Assembly (NCBI GenBank): GCA_016176525.1
Contig: JACOWZ010000003.1
Location: forward strand, 603,925-644,793
From: Candidatus Colwellbacteria bacterium
Lineage (GTDB): Bacteria > Patescibacteriota > Minisyncoccia > UBA6257 > Colwellbacteraceae
Length of the DNA: 40,869 nt
Direction: 5' to 3'
This document shows, one piece after another, positions 17,349 through 26,267 of this stretch. The notes under the pieces are model-generated. The model saw only the letters and a program-made list of their open reading frames with translations. It did no database searches and was not told the origin of the DNA. Each line of letters begins with the position of its first letter. The first letter of the stretch is position 1. The translations under genes were made by a program, and so were the position numbers.

Positions 17349-17807
17349 CTACGAAATCTTTACAATTTTATATTCTATTTTTCTGCCGTCTGGAGTATCA
17401 ACAGAAACTACTTCACCAATCCTGCGATTGATAAGTTTTGAGCCTAGAGGAGATTCGTTGGATATATAACCCTTGTCGGGTCTCGCCTCGTTAGAGCCGA
17501 CTATTGAAAAAGTTAAACGCTTACCGTTTTTTTCTACCTCAACCGTCGAACCTATATTTACAAGGCCGCTCCCGCCGCCTTTTTTTATTATTTCTGCATT
17601 TTCTATAATTTCTTTAAGTTCCGATATTCTATTCTCAACGCGTTCTTGTTCGTTGCGAGCCTCGGTGTATTCCGCGTTTTCAGACAAATCGCCGAGTTCC
17701 TTGGCGCGTTTAAGCCGCTTAGAAACTTCTATGCGCTTCTCTGTAGCGAGCTTTTCAAGCTCTGTTTTTAGCTCTGTTAACCTCTCTTCGGTTAAAAAAT
17801 ATGTCAT
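17349..17807 (-). CDS. greA: Transcription elongation factor GreA
   Basis: GDLSENAEY and ISNESPLG. ATG at 17807, just after the rpsI stop. Confidence 0.96.
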   Translation of the reverse strand: MTYFLTEERLTELKTELEKLATEKRIEVSKRLKRAKELGDLSENAEYTEARNEQERVENRISELKEIIENAEIIKKGGGSGLVNIGSTVEVEKNGKRLTFSIVGSNEARPDKGYISNESPLGSKLINRRIGEVVSVDTPDGRKIEYKIVKIS

Positions 17808-17808
17808 A

Positions 17809-18216
17809 TTATCTCTTTCTCCATTGATGGGCGCGCCTGGCTTTGCTAAGCCCATATTTCTTTCTTTCTACCTTACGAGCATCGCGTGTAAGAAAGCCTT
17901 CTTTTCTAAGATTTTTCTTGTGGTCCGCCTCGAATTTTACCAAAGCGCGAGATAAACCCAAACGAACTGCTTCTGATTGGGCAGAAATTCCACCCCCGCT
18001 AACTTTTGCTTCTGCCTTGCCTCCTAATTCTAGAACCTTAAACGGAGCAAGTACATTTTCTTTATATCTTTGCACTGTAAAATATTTATCGTAAGGCTTA
18101 CCGTTTACAACAATACTCACAGATTTATTAACTGCCGGATAAAGACGCACGCGTGCAACCGCAGTCTTGCGGCGACCAACAGCTTCTAAATATTTATTTG
18201 TGGTTTCTTTTACCAT
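17809..18216 (-). CDS. rpsI: 30S ribosomal protein S9
   Basis: GRRKTAVARV, GGGISAQ and LTRDARKVERKK. Confidence 0.98.
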   Translation of the reverse strand: MVKETTNKYLEAVGRRKTAVARVRLYPAVNKSVSIVVNGKPYDKYFTVQRYKENVLAPFKVLELGGKAEAKVSGGGISAQSEAVRLGLSRALVKFEADHKKNLRKEGFLTRDARKVERKKYGLSKARRAHQWRKR

Positions 18217-18218
18217 AA

Positions 18219-18566
18219 TTATTCTCCTATTTTTAGCATATTCATTCTCTTCTGGCGCAGGCGGTTCTTAGGTAGCATATTATACACTGCTCTCCTTAAA
18301 ACCTCTGCAGGCTGCCTTTTAAACAATTCTTCATATGTTTCTTCTTTTATGTGCCCCATATAACCTGTGTGCCTGTAGTAAACCTTGCCATCTCCCTTTG
18401 CTTTACGACCCGAAACTTTAATAAGTTTAATATTTTTTACGATAACTTTAACATCGCCTGCATCTTTTGGGTCATAAGTTGGTTTTTCTTTGCCTTGCAA
18501 AAGCACCGCAATCTTACTTGCGAGTCTGCCAAGAGTTTCATTTTTAGCATCAATAATGTGTTCCAT
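18219..18566 (-). CDS. rplM: 50S ribosomal protein L13
   Basis: IDA...LGRLAS, YYRHTGY and AVYNMLPKN. Confidence 0.97.
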   Translation of the reverse strand: MEHIIDAKNETLGRLASKIAVLLQGKEKPTYDPKDAGDVKVIVKNIKLIKVSGRKAKGDGKVYYRHTGYMGHIKEETYEELFKRQPAEVLRRAVYNMLPKNRLRQKRMNMLKIGE

Positions 18567-18916
18567 TATACGAATTCAATTATTACTTGTGGGGCCGCGT
18601 CTCTCATTCTGCCCTTTGCGAGTTTTGTTATGCGCAAATATCCCCCACTCCTATTTTTGTATTTAGGCGATATCTGGTAATACAGTTTTGTAGCGGACTT
18701 TTTAGGGAGCCTAGATGTTAAAAGCCTCAAAGCCGCAACATTGCCTTTTTTACCTATAGTTACAAGCTTTTCAACCTTCGGTTTAATCTCTTTTGCTCTG
18801 GAGTCTGTTGTCTGTATGCGTTCTTTGATAATCAAATTATGCATAAGTGAGGCAACAAAACTTTTGCGCCTTCCGCGAATTCTTCCGAATTTTCTGCCTT
18901 TGTTTAGATGCCTCAT
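18566..18916 (-). CDS. rplQ: 50S ribosomal protein L17
   Basis: MRH..GRKFGR, RSGGYLRI and RDAA. Confidence 0.97.
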   Translation of the reverse strand: MRHLNKGRKFGRIRGRRKSFVASLMHNLIIKERIQTTDSRAKEIKPKVEKLVTIGKKGNVAALRLLTSRLPKKSATKLYYQISPKYKNRSGGYLRITKLAKGRMRDAAPQVIIEFV

Positions 18917-18925
18917 CTTAGTCGT

Positions 18926-19705
18926 TTACTCTAAAGCTTTTCTTGTCTTCTTTGCTTTTTTACCCTCTTCTGCGGTTAGAGGCGCTGCTTCTTCAGCATC
19001 TTTTACATCTAAATCCGATATTATCTTAAAGTGGTCTAGCAATATCTTTGATGCCTTGTGAAGCGCGCGTGACGGAGAAAGTGTGCCGTCTGTTTCTATG
19101 TTTAACGTAATTTTGTTGTAGTCAATGCGCTCTCCAACACGCATATTAGATACAGAGAAACTAACATTCCTTACTGGCGAGAAAATTGCATCAAGTGCCA
19201 TTGTGCCAACCGGCAACTTACCGGTTTTCTGCGCGAGCACTGGCACATAGCCCAAACCTTTTTCAATCGTTAATTCCATATCTAACTCGGCGTTCTTGCC
19301 TGTTAATGTTGCAATGTGCTGATCGGGGTTCTTAACAATAACATCTGCATTTCCTTTAATGTCGCCCGCTTTTACTTCTTTCTCTCCCTTTACTTTAAGG
19401 GTTAAAACCTGCGGCTCTTTTGCATTAAATGTAAAGCGCACAGCCTTTAGATTAAGGCCAATTTCTACAACATCCTCTATAACACCGGAAACGGCTGTAA
19501 ATTCGTGGCCTACGCCCTTTATTTTAAACCTTGTTATTGCAGCTCCGGGCAAAGAAGAAAGCATTACTCTGCGCAACGCATTGCCGATTGTTACACCATA
19601 GCCGCGGTACAAACCCTCTAACTCAAACGTACCATGAGTTTCGTTCTCTACTACTCTTAGAATTTTTACGCTATCACTTAAATACGCGTATCCTGCTTGT
19701 TCCAT
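18926..19705 (-). CDS. rpoA: RNA polymerase alpha subunit, N-terminal domain only
   Basis: GYGVTIGNALRRVMLSSLPG, HEF, DAIFSPV and ETDGT motifs. Canonical position between rpsD and rplQ. Confidence 0.96.
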   Translation of the reverse strand: MEQAGYAYLSDSVKILRVVENETHGTFELEGLYRGYGVTIGNALRRVMLSSLPGAAITRFKIKGVGHEFTAVSGVIEDVVEIGLNLKAVRFTFNAKEPQVLTLKVKGEKEVKAGDIKGNADVIVKNPDQHIATLTGKNAELDMELTIEKGLGYVPVLAQKTGKLPVGTMALDAIFSPVRNVSFSVSNMRVGERIDYNKITLNIETDGTLSPSRALHKASKILLDHFKIISDLDVKDAEEAAPLTAEEGKKAKKTRKALE

Positions 19706-19720
19706 AATTTTTTATATTTT

Positions 19721-20332
19721 TTATCTTGAATAATAATCTACGACCTTGTTAATATCGAAGGGTGTTTCTACCTCTTTTGGGATAGATTTTAACTGCCCTT
19801 CAAGCTTTGCTTTATCTAGTGTTAACCACGGCTCTACCTCATAATTCTTTAATTTTTCTTGCAAATTCTTAAGAGTAGGAATATCTTTAGACCCCTCTCT
19901 TATCGCTATTGTCTCGCCCATGGTTACAAGGTAAGACGGAATTGTAACCTTTCTGCTGTTTACAGTAAAGTGGCCGTGGCTAACCATCTTGCGTGCGACG
20001 GAACGGGATGGAGTAAACCCAAGTCGATAGACAATATTATCCAAGCGTCTTTCTAAAATAGACATTACAACCATAGGAGTTGGTTCTTTTGCTTTGTCAG
20101 CTCTTGCTATAAGCGCTTCTAACTGTTTGTCTGTAAGCCCATATGTAAACCTTATTTTTTGCTTCTCTTGCATCTGCAAGCCGAATTCTTTTTTCTTGTT
20201 GTGTTTTCCTCCATGCATACCCGGCCCATGTGGCTTTCTAATTAGCGCACATTTTGGAGAATTGCAGCGCTCCCCTTTTATTGAGAGTTTTACGCCTAAA
20301 CTTCTTTCTCTTTTCTCTAATATTCTTTGCAT
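19721..20332 (-). CDS. rpsD: 30S ribosomal protein S4
   Basis: EKQKIR, LERRLDNIVYRLGF and an S4 domain. Confidence 0.97.
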   Translation of the reverse strand: MQRILEKRERSLGVKLSIKGERCNSPKCALIRKPHGPGMHGGKHNKKKEFGLQMQEKQKIRFTYGLTDKQLEALIARADKAKEPTPMVVMSILERRLDNIVYRLGFTPSRSVARKMVSHGHFTVNSRKVTIPSYLVTMGETIAIREGSKDIPTLKNLQEKLKNYEVEPWLTLDKAKLEGQLKSIPKEVETPFDINKVVDYYSR

Positions 20333-20334
20333 TG

Positions 20335-20775
20335 TTATACTCTTCTAACTTTCGGAGGCTTCGGCCCGTTATGTGGAATAGGCGTAACATCTTTAATTAA
20401 GGCGAGCTCAAAGCCGTGGTTTAAAAGCGACCTTACAGCAGAATCTCTGCCAGAACCAACCCCAGAAACATACACTTCTACCTTGCGAGGACCTGTTTTC
20501 TCTGTTTTTTCTGAAACAGCTGCAACAATTTTAGAAGCGGCAAACGGCGTTGCCTTTTTGGGTCCGGAGAAACCAAGAGAACCCGCAGTTGCCCATGTTA
20601 AAACATTGCCTTTATTGTCGGTTATAGTTACAGACGTGTTGTTGTAAGAAGCGAGTACATAAACTCTGCCTTCTTCTACTTTGCGACCAGATTTTTTAGC
20701 GAGCGCAGAAACTTTTGCGGTTTCGGCGCCTTTAGAAATATCTGCCTTTTTTTCTACAACTTTATTTTTACCCAT
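20335..20775 (-). CDS. rpsK: 30S ribosomal protein S11
   Basis: ASYNNT, KKATPFAA and DVTPIPHNG. Confidence 0.98.
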   Translation of the reverse strand: MGKNKVVEKKADISKGAETAKVSALAKKSGRKVEEGRVYVLASYNNTSVTITDNKGNVLTWATAGSLGFSGPKKATPFAASKIVAAVSEKTEKTGPRKVEVYVSGVGSGRDSAVRSLLNHGFELALIKDVTPIPHNGPKPPKVRRV

Positions 20776-21158
20776 TATTTTAAGTCTACCTTTCTCTTTC
20801 CGCTACCGGCGGTTTTGCGAATATTACCCCTAATAGTTCTGGAATTTGTTTTTGTTCTCTGCCCTCTAACCGGAAGGCGTCTCATATGCCTTACGCCACG
20901 GTAAGATTTAATATCTTTTAATCTTTCTATGTTTTGGCGCACAATTTGGCGAAGCTCGCCCTCTATCTTATGATTCTTCTCTAGAATTTCTTTTATTTTG
21001 TTTAATTCCTCCGGCGTTAGATCTTTTGCCAGTTTGTTTTCGTCAATCTTTACAGAGCGCAGAATATTGCCAGCCGAAGTATACCCTATGCCGTAAATAT
21101 AAGTTAGGGATATCTTAACTTTTTTATTATCTGGTATGTTAACTCCTACTAATCGCAT
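20775..21158 (-). CDS. rpsM: 30S ribosomal protein S13
   Basis: LTYIYGIG and RGVRH..LPVRGQRTKTNSRT. Confidence 0.98.
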   Translation of the reverse strand: MRLVGVNIPDNKKVKISLTYIYGIGYTSAGNILRSVKIDENKLAKDLTPEELNKIKEILEKNHKIEGELRQIVRQNIERLKDIKSYRGVRHMRRLPVRGQRTKTNSRTIRGNIRKTAGSGKRKVDLK

Positions 21159-21163
21159 GTTTG

Positions 21164-21277
21164 TTATCCTTGTCTTTGTTTATGTTTTGGGTTTGAACAC
21201 ACAATATAAACCCGGCCTTTGCGGCGAACTACTTTACAATTTTTACAAACTTTTTTAACTGACGACCTAACTTTCAT
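21164..21277 (-). CDS. rpmJ: 50S ribosomal protein L36, Zn-binding form (not in the ORF track)
   Basis: Manual translation [37 protein letters not shown]. Confidence 0.97.
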   Translation of the reverse strand: MKVRSSVKKVCKNCKVVRRKGRVYIVCSNPKHKQRQG

Positions 21278-21281
21278 TTAT

Positions 21282-21512
21282 TTAAAATCTTCTTGTTATC
21301 CTGCCTTTACTCTTGTCATACTGGCTAACTTCCACACTTACCCTATCTCCGGGCAGTATTCTTATTCTATACATCCGCATCTTGCCAGAAATGTAGGCGA
21401 GTATTTCTCTCTCATCGCCGTCTAGCTTAACCCTAAAGGCTGCGCCTTTTAAGGCCTCTACCACCACTCCGGTTTCAACGGATGTCCCTTTGTTATTAGG
21501 CGAGCGGTCCAT
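21282..21512 (-). CDS. infA: Translation initiation factor IF-1
   Basis: [21 protein letters not shown] and KGRITRR. Confidence 0.97.
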   Translation of the reverse strand: MDRSPNNKGTSVETGVVVEALKGAAFRVKLDGDEREILAYISGKMRMYRIRILPGDRVSVEVSQYDKSKGRITRRF

Positions 21513-21609
21513 CAATTTAGAGCTTAATCATACGAGCTGGATTGCGCTTACCCAGGGATTTTGGGAAATTAACTTTTGACACAAGTGCCGTAGATACTAG
21601 CATAAAAGG

Positions 21610-23130
21610 TTATTGGAGGTCAATAGTGATCTTATCGGGGTTTTTAGGCACGCTTCTTACCCAAAAAGGCCATAGTTCAACGCGCACTGCGTTTATCCCG
21701 GAGTCCCGGCCAATCTGCAGCCCCAAGTCATTGCCTTTTTTACCTTTAATTGCTTCTTTTAATGCATTTAAATCAAGGTCTCTACGCCAAGTCGAGTTTG
21801 CGCTAAACCGTAAAGTCATCTCACCTTCTTTAAAATCCAACTCCGGTTCGCCGTAAACAAAGTTCTCTTCTATAGCAACAAGCCCTGTATTAGAGCCTAA
21901 ATGCCGGCTTATAGCATCTATTAGATCGGTTTTACTAAATCCAAAAAACCTGATTGTTGCCGAAGAGGTAAGCCTAAAATTGCCAGCGGAGTTAACATTC
22001 TCTTCCACATTCTCGTCCGTAATAATAAAATCGCTAGCACCGTCTATAACAATAATGTCTTCTGGAATATCAATGCGCATCTTTGCCCTAAGCCCGGATT
22101 CTAGTTTGCGCCTTAAACTTTCTTTTGCCTTAACCAAATCTTCATTAGTCGGCACCTGGATTGTGCCTACAATACCCCCTGTCATTGGAGCATATGATTC
22201 CGCATAGAAACCTTCGTAGCGCGCTGTGCCTTGAAAACCCGGAATTCTAAATTTTGTAGCTGCGATATTGTACTCTTCGCCGGGCTTATCGGCTACAACT
22301 TCTACATTAATCGTTGAAGGCACTATCTCGTTGTTTACAATTTTTGCACCGGGAACAGTAACACCTTTTGATATTCTATAAATTTTTCCGTCCGGCGCAG
22401 AAAAACGGGTAGTTGCAACAAGGGGTTGTGGCTCGGAGCTGTATGCATTAAATATAGTTAAGGTGCCGGATGCATGCTTTTCCACCTCTTTTTGAGCGCT
22501 AGCCGGATATAACTCTCCATGTGTTGCTTTTTGCTGGAATAATTCGCCTTTTATAACTATTTGCGAATTTGCAATCTGGGTATTCTCCGTTGGTGAAACA
22601 AGCATTGTGCCGCTAAAATCCCAACTAAATTTTTCCATGGTTAGCGTAATATCGGCTTTGGGCAAAATATAAAACCCGCCCAAGAAAACAAATATTACCA
22701 AAGCAATTAGAATGTAATTTATAATGCTTCTCTTTGCAGTGTGATGCTTCTTTTTTGTATGTGATTTTGCCGGTTTAACTTCTTCAATATCTTCCGGACC
22801 AACCTCTACTGGAACATCTTTTGTAATTCCGCCCTCTCGCGGGGAGAAAATGTCGGAAACAGTTTTTTTATTTTTACGGAAAAAGGGATTACTACTTTTT
22901 ATACCTACAGACTTTGCAAGACGAAGAACATCGTCATCAACAGATTCAATTTCAAAGCTTTTTCCAAGATTTTCTATTTCGCGTTTTAATAGCTTGAAGT
23001 CTTTAGGCTCGGAAGAAATCTTGGAAAAACGAGGGATATATATTACAACAGCGCTTGCTTCTGCATTTGCAGTTTTTTTAACAATAGAAGAAACCGAATC
23101 GCTTTTTTCTATATAAATCTTTTCTTTCAT
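21610..23130 (-). CDS. Bitopic membrane protein with an extracellular baseplate-J-like beta domain
   Basis: One TM segment, then ASGTLTIFN...LVATTRF...VVADKPGEEYNI...MTGG. I recognise this pattern from a CPR-common family. Confidence 0.6.
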   Translation of the reverse strand: MKEKIYIEKSDSVSSIVKKTANAEASAVVIYIPRFSKISSEPKDFKLLKREIENLGKSFEIESVDDDVLRLAKSVGIKSSNPFFRKNKKTVSDIFSPREGGITKDVPVEVGPEDIEEVKPAKSHTKKKHHTAKRSIINYILIALVIFVFLGGFYILPKADITLTMEKFSWDFSGTMLVSPTENTQIANSQIVIKGELFQQKATHGELYPASAQKEVEKHASGTLTIFNAYSSEPQPLVATTRFSAPDGKIYRISKGVTVPGAKIVNNEIVPSTINVEVVADKPGEEYNIAATKFRIPGFQGTARYEGFYAESYAPMTGGIVGTIQVPTNEDLVKAKESLRRKLESGLRAKMRIDIPEDIIVIDGASDFIITDENVEENVNSAGNFRLTSSATIRFFGFSKTDLIDAISRHLGSNTGLVAIEENFVYGEPELDFKEGEMTLRFSANSTWRRDLDLNALKEAIKGKKGNDLGLQIGRDSGINAVRVELWPFWVRSVPKNPDKITIDLQ

Positions 23131-23144
23131 CCGGTTAAACTAAA

Positions 23145-24851
23145 TTATAGAACATTTGCGCGAATACGCCGAATACCTGCGGAGGCAGATTCTTCTTTTA
23201 AGATCTTAAACTCCCCAACTTCCTTAGTATTTTGCACATGCGGCCCGCCACAGAGTTCTTTAGAGAAGGCACTATCCAGTGTTTCGCCTGCATAATAGAC
23301 GTTTACCTTCGCTGGATACTTACCTTTAAAGAAATACAATGCGCCGGTTTTTTTAGCTTCTTCAAAGGGCATTGTCTTTTTTTGCATAGGTAGAGCCTTT
23401 TTAACAGCCTCGTTAACTAAAGCCTCTGCTTTTTTTAGCTCTTCTCCAGTTACCTTGCGCGGGAAAGCAAAATCAAACCTTGCGCGCTCTGCCGTGATAT
23501 CAGACCCTCTTTGTTCTACCTCGTTACCTAGCACTTTGCGCAAAGCGGCTTGTAGTAAGTGTGTTGCGGTATGCAGTCTCGTAACTTTTCTTAGTTCTTC
23601 TTCGTTTGCGGCCTTAAGCTCGCCTGTGTCTAATATAAGCCCATGCCCGCCGAATTTTTTCTCTCTGCCAGCGCGAGAAATTTTTTGATGCTTTTCAAAT
23701 TCTTTGTCAAAGTCTTCGCGTTTTAATGCGCGGGCTTTCTCGCTGGCAACATCTTTTATAACTTCGTATGGAAGACCAAAAGACTCATACAACTTAAATG
23801 CAAGTTTGGGGTCTATTCTATCTGCTCCTTTTAATTCTTTAATGCCGGCTTTTAAGGTTTTATCAAACTTTTCTTTCTCCTTACTAAAAACCGATAAAAT
23901 TGCTTCTAAATTTAGACTTGGATATGTTTCGTTATACAAATTAATAACTCGCGAAAACAACTCTTTTGAATTTATATCCACTAAATGCGTTATCAACCTA
24001 CGCATAAGCCGGCGTAAAATATAGCCTGCCTCTTTATTTGATGGCCGCACGCCGTCGGAAATTAGAAATGCAATTGCGCGGGAATGGTCAGCGATTATCC
24101 TTTTTTTGCGCGAATTTAAATCTTTTGGAAGCAAATCTATAATTGGCTGAAGTAAATCTGTCTCAAAAACGTTTGCTTTTCCGTCAATGATCATCGCCAT
24201 TCTCTCAAGCCCCCAACCAACATCCACACCCTTTTGAGAAAGCGGGGTTAGTCCCCCGTCTTTTGCACAGAAATATTCCATAAAAACAAGTGTTGCCACT
24301 TCCATACCGTCAACATACACCTCATTTGCCGCTCCACATGGGCCTTCTGGTCCTGGAGGGCCCCACACATTGTCCGCACGCGGACCTTTTTTTATCTTTG
24401 ATTCCGGTAAAAACTTAACCCAAGTATTATATGATTCCTCGTCAAAAGGAATTTTATCGTCACCTGCAAAGACTGTTGCAGAAATTCGGTCTTTCTTGAT
24501 GCCGAAAATATCAGTCAATAATTCGTATGTCCATTTAATGGTTTCTTTTTTAAAGTAATCGCCGAAGGAAAAGTGGCCTAGCATTTCAAAGAATGTGAGG
24601 TGGCGCTCATCCCCGACTTCATCAATGTCTGAAGTTCTAAATGATTTTTGAACCGAAGTTGCGCGGCGAGCGCCAAAATCTTTCATCGGGTCGGCTTCGC
24701 CTAAAAAGTATGGTTTAAACTGCTGCATACCTGCAGTTGTTAAAAGCACAGACGGGTCATCCGGCACTAAAGACGAAGAAGGCACAACCTTGTGCCCGCG
24801 TTTCTCAAAAAAATCTAAAAACTTTTTGCGGATCTCTCTGGATTGAATCAT
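23145..24851 (-). CDS. alaS: Alanine--tRNA ligase, compact form without the C-Ala domain
   Basis: TTAGMQQFKP, HLTFFEMLG, ADHSR, and editing motifs HTATHLL and ELCGGPHV. Confidence 0.97.
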   Translation of the reverse strand: MIQSREIRKKFLDFFEKRGHKVVPSSSLVPDDPSVLLTTAGMQQFKPYFLGEADPMKDFGARRATSVQKSFRTSDIDEVGDERHLTFFEMLGHFSFGDYFKKETIKWTYELLTDIFGIKKDRISATVFAGDDKIPFDEESYNTWVKFLPESKIKKGPRADNVWGPPGPEGPCGAANEVYVDGMEVATLVFMEYFCAKDGGLTPLSQKGVDVGWGLERMAMIIDGKANVFETDLLQPIIDLLPKDLNSRKKRIIADHSRAIAFLISDGVRPSNKEAGYILRRLMRRLITHLVDINSKELFSRVINLYNETYPSLNLEAILSVFSKEKEKFDKTLKAGIKELKGADRIDPKLAFKLYESFGLPYEVIKDVASEKARALKREDFDKEFEKHQKISRAGREKKFGGHGLILDTGELKAANEEELRKVTRLHTATHLLQAALRKVLGNEVEQRGSDITAERARFDFAFPRKVTGEELKKAEALVNEAVKKALPMQKKTMPFEEAKKTGALYFFKGKYPAKVNVYYAGETLDSAFSKELCGGPHVQNTKEVGEFKILKEESASAGIRRIRANVL

Positions 24852-24882
24852 AATAAGATTTTATCAATTATTCATATAAAAG

Positions 24883-24928
24883 AAAAAGGACGCGGTTCAT
24901 GGATGTTTTTACAACATCTCCCCGCGTC
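24883..24928 (-). terminator. Extended intrinsic terminator
   Basis: GACGCGG/CCGCGTC stem with an inner GATGTT/AACATC hairpin and T run on the minus strand. Confidence 0.6.
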
Positions 24929-24935
24929 AACGAAT

Positions 24936-25469
24936 CTAGTCTGCGATGATATAAGGTCGCCTCGCATGTGCTTTCACCCACTCATCAGCAAATATTGCCA
25001 ATAGGAGAAAGCCGAACACTCCAGCGACTGAACCCCAGGCCCACCAAGCAACCCCGACGTTGTGCGGGTAGATACTGATGCCGCCGGGATGTACAGTTTG
25101 CAAGGTCATCTTTAGCTTAACGAGAACCAAATTCTTCTCGTGCGGAGTTGAATCGGCGCTCAAACGCTCAAGATCGCCCTGCACTGCTTTCAAATTGGCA
25201 TACCAGAAGCCGACGTCATCTTGCACAGAACCCTTACCAATGAGAGTTGAATCTCCGTGTGTAAGTCCCCGCGCCTCAATGTTCGCGATCGCGATCTGAA
25301 GCTCCGGCAATGCAAGCTCAACAGTATTTGCCGTGCCGGCGCGCTCGAGGTGATCACCGATCTCGTTGTCGTAGTTTTCAGCCATCACCATGCGCGTTAT
25401 ACCCCAGCCGCCCAAAGAGACAGCAGATGCCGCGGCAAGTGATATCAGAACTGCCGTTATCCATTGCAT
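24936..25469 (-). CDS. Hypothetical protein with N- and C-terminal TM segments
   Basis: ATG at 25469 after SD GGAGGA. ANTVELA and DVGFWY.NL motifs. Own promoter and terminator. Confidence 0.75.
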   Translation of the reverse strand: MQWITAVLISLAAASAVSLGGWGITRMVMAENYDNEIGDHLERAGTANTVELALPELQIAIANIEARGLTHGDSTLIGKGSVQDDVGFWYANLKAVQGDLERLSADSTPHEKNLVLVKLKMTLQTVHPGGISIYPHNVGVAWWAWGSVAGVFGFLLLAIFADEWVKAHARRPYIIAD

Positions 25470-25539
25470 TTTTTTGGTCCTCCAACTTGTTGTTAAGGTC
25501 CAGACTAGCACCGCTAACCCTTCATTCCTTAGGAAATTA

Positions 25540-25605
25540 ACTATAACGTATCAGCATGTTCTTGTCAAGAGCACTATTGACAAATAGTGCGAATAGTGAT
25601 ATAAT
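25540..25605. promoter_or_regulatory. Back-to-back divergent sigma70 promoters
   Basis: Minus strand TTGACA(25568-25563)-17-TATAGT. Plus strand TTGACA(25577)-17-TATAAT(25600) with TG. Confidence 0.8.
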
Positions 25606-25699
25606 TACATGGTAAGCTTCGATCGTGAGGGGCGAAATCTGCCCCGCGGTGCGGGGCCGAAATAGCTCTTTAAATTGAAGTAAAAAGGAGGAAAAAGAA

Positions 25700-26161
25700 A
25701 TGGAAACCAAGCAATACGCAGTGATCGCGGGCTTACTCGCCTTGATCGTGATTGGTCAACTCGCCACCGTGGCGACGATCGTAGTCACGCAGGGTGAGCA
25801 GAACGCCAAGGTTCCAGACCAGGGTGCGGAGACAAACGAGCAAGCAACACAAACCAGCTTTGCGTTGCCGCCAGATGGAGTACGATACTTCACTCTGGAG
25901 GTTGGGCCCGAAAGATGTTTCGGGGACACAAACCAGCTATACTCGCCATATCAAGCAGAATGGTATGTGAACACCGGCGAGAATGGAGTGGGAATGGCGT
26001 ATGACGCAGTCATGGAAGGTGGCGGCGACAAAGAGTTCGTGACGAATGGAGAGTGGTGGCCTTTGGCCGTCACGTCTTATCCATTCGATTTCTGTTTCTT
26101 CACTGAAGATGGAGAAACAGTTACGATCGCGCTGGCCCTACTACCGCCCCAAAAAGGCTAA
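25700..26161 (+). CDS. Hypothetical membrane-anchored or secreted protein
   Basis: SD AGGAGG, N-terminal hydrophobic segment and acidic beta-rich C-terminus. Confidence 0.8.
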   Translation: METKQYAVIAGLLALIVIGQLATVATIVVTQGEQNAKVPDQGAETNEQATQTSFALPPDGVRYFTLEVGPERCFGDTNQLYSPYQAEWYVNTGENGVGMAYDAVMEGGGDKEFVTNGEWWPLAVTSYPFDFCFFTEDGETVTIALALLPPQKG

Positions 26162-26174
26162 CTCTCCTCCCCTA

Positions 26175-26228
26175 AACCCCATCTAGCAATTATTCCACAG
26201 TGAATAACCTAGAATGGGGTTCTTTTTT
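26175..26228 (+). terminator. Extended intrinsic terminator
   Basis: AACCCCAT...ATGGGGTT with inner CTAG/CTAG and TTATTC/GAATAA pairing, then a T run. Confidence 0.7.
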
Positions 26229-26267
26229 GTCTTATTACCAACCTGCGGATAATATAAATACATAAAT

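Noticed and set aside
21610-23130. Prophage or contractile-tail locus
   Set aside because: The gene is isolated, has a TM anchor and sits among housekeeping genes. No other structural phage genes are present.
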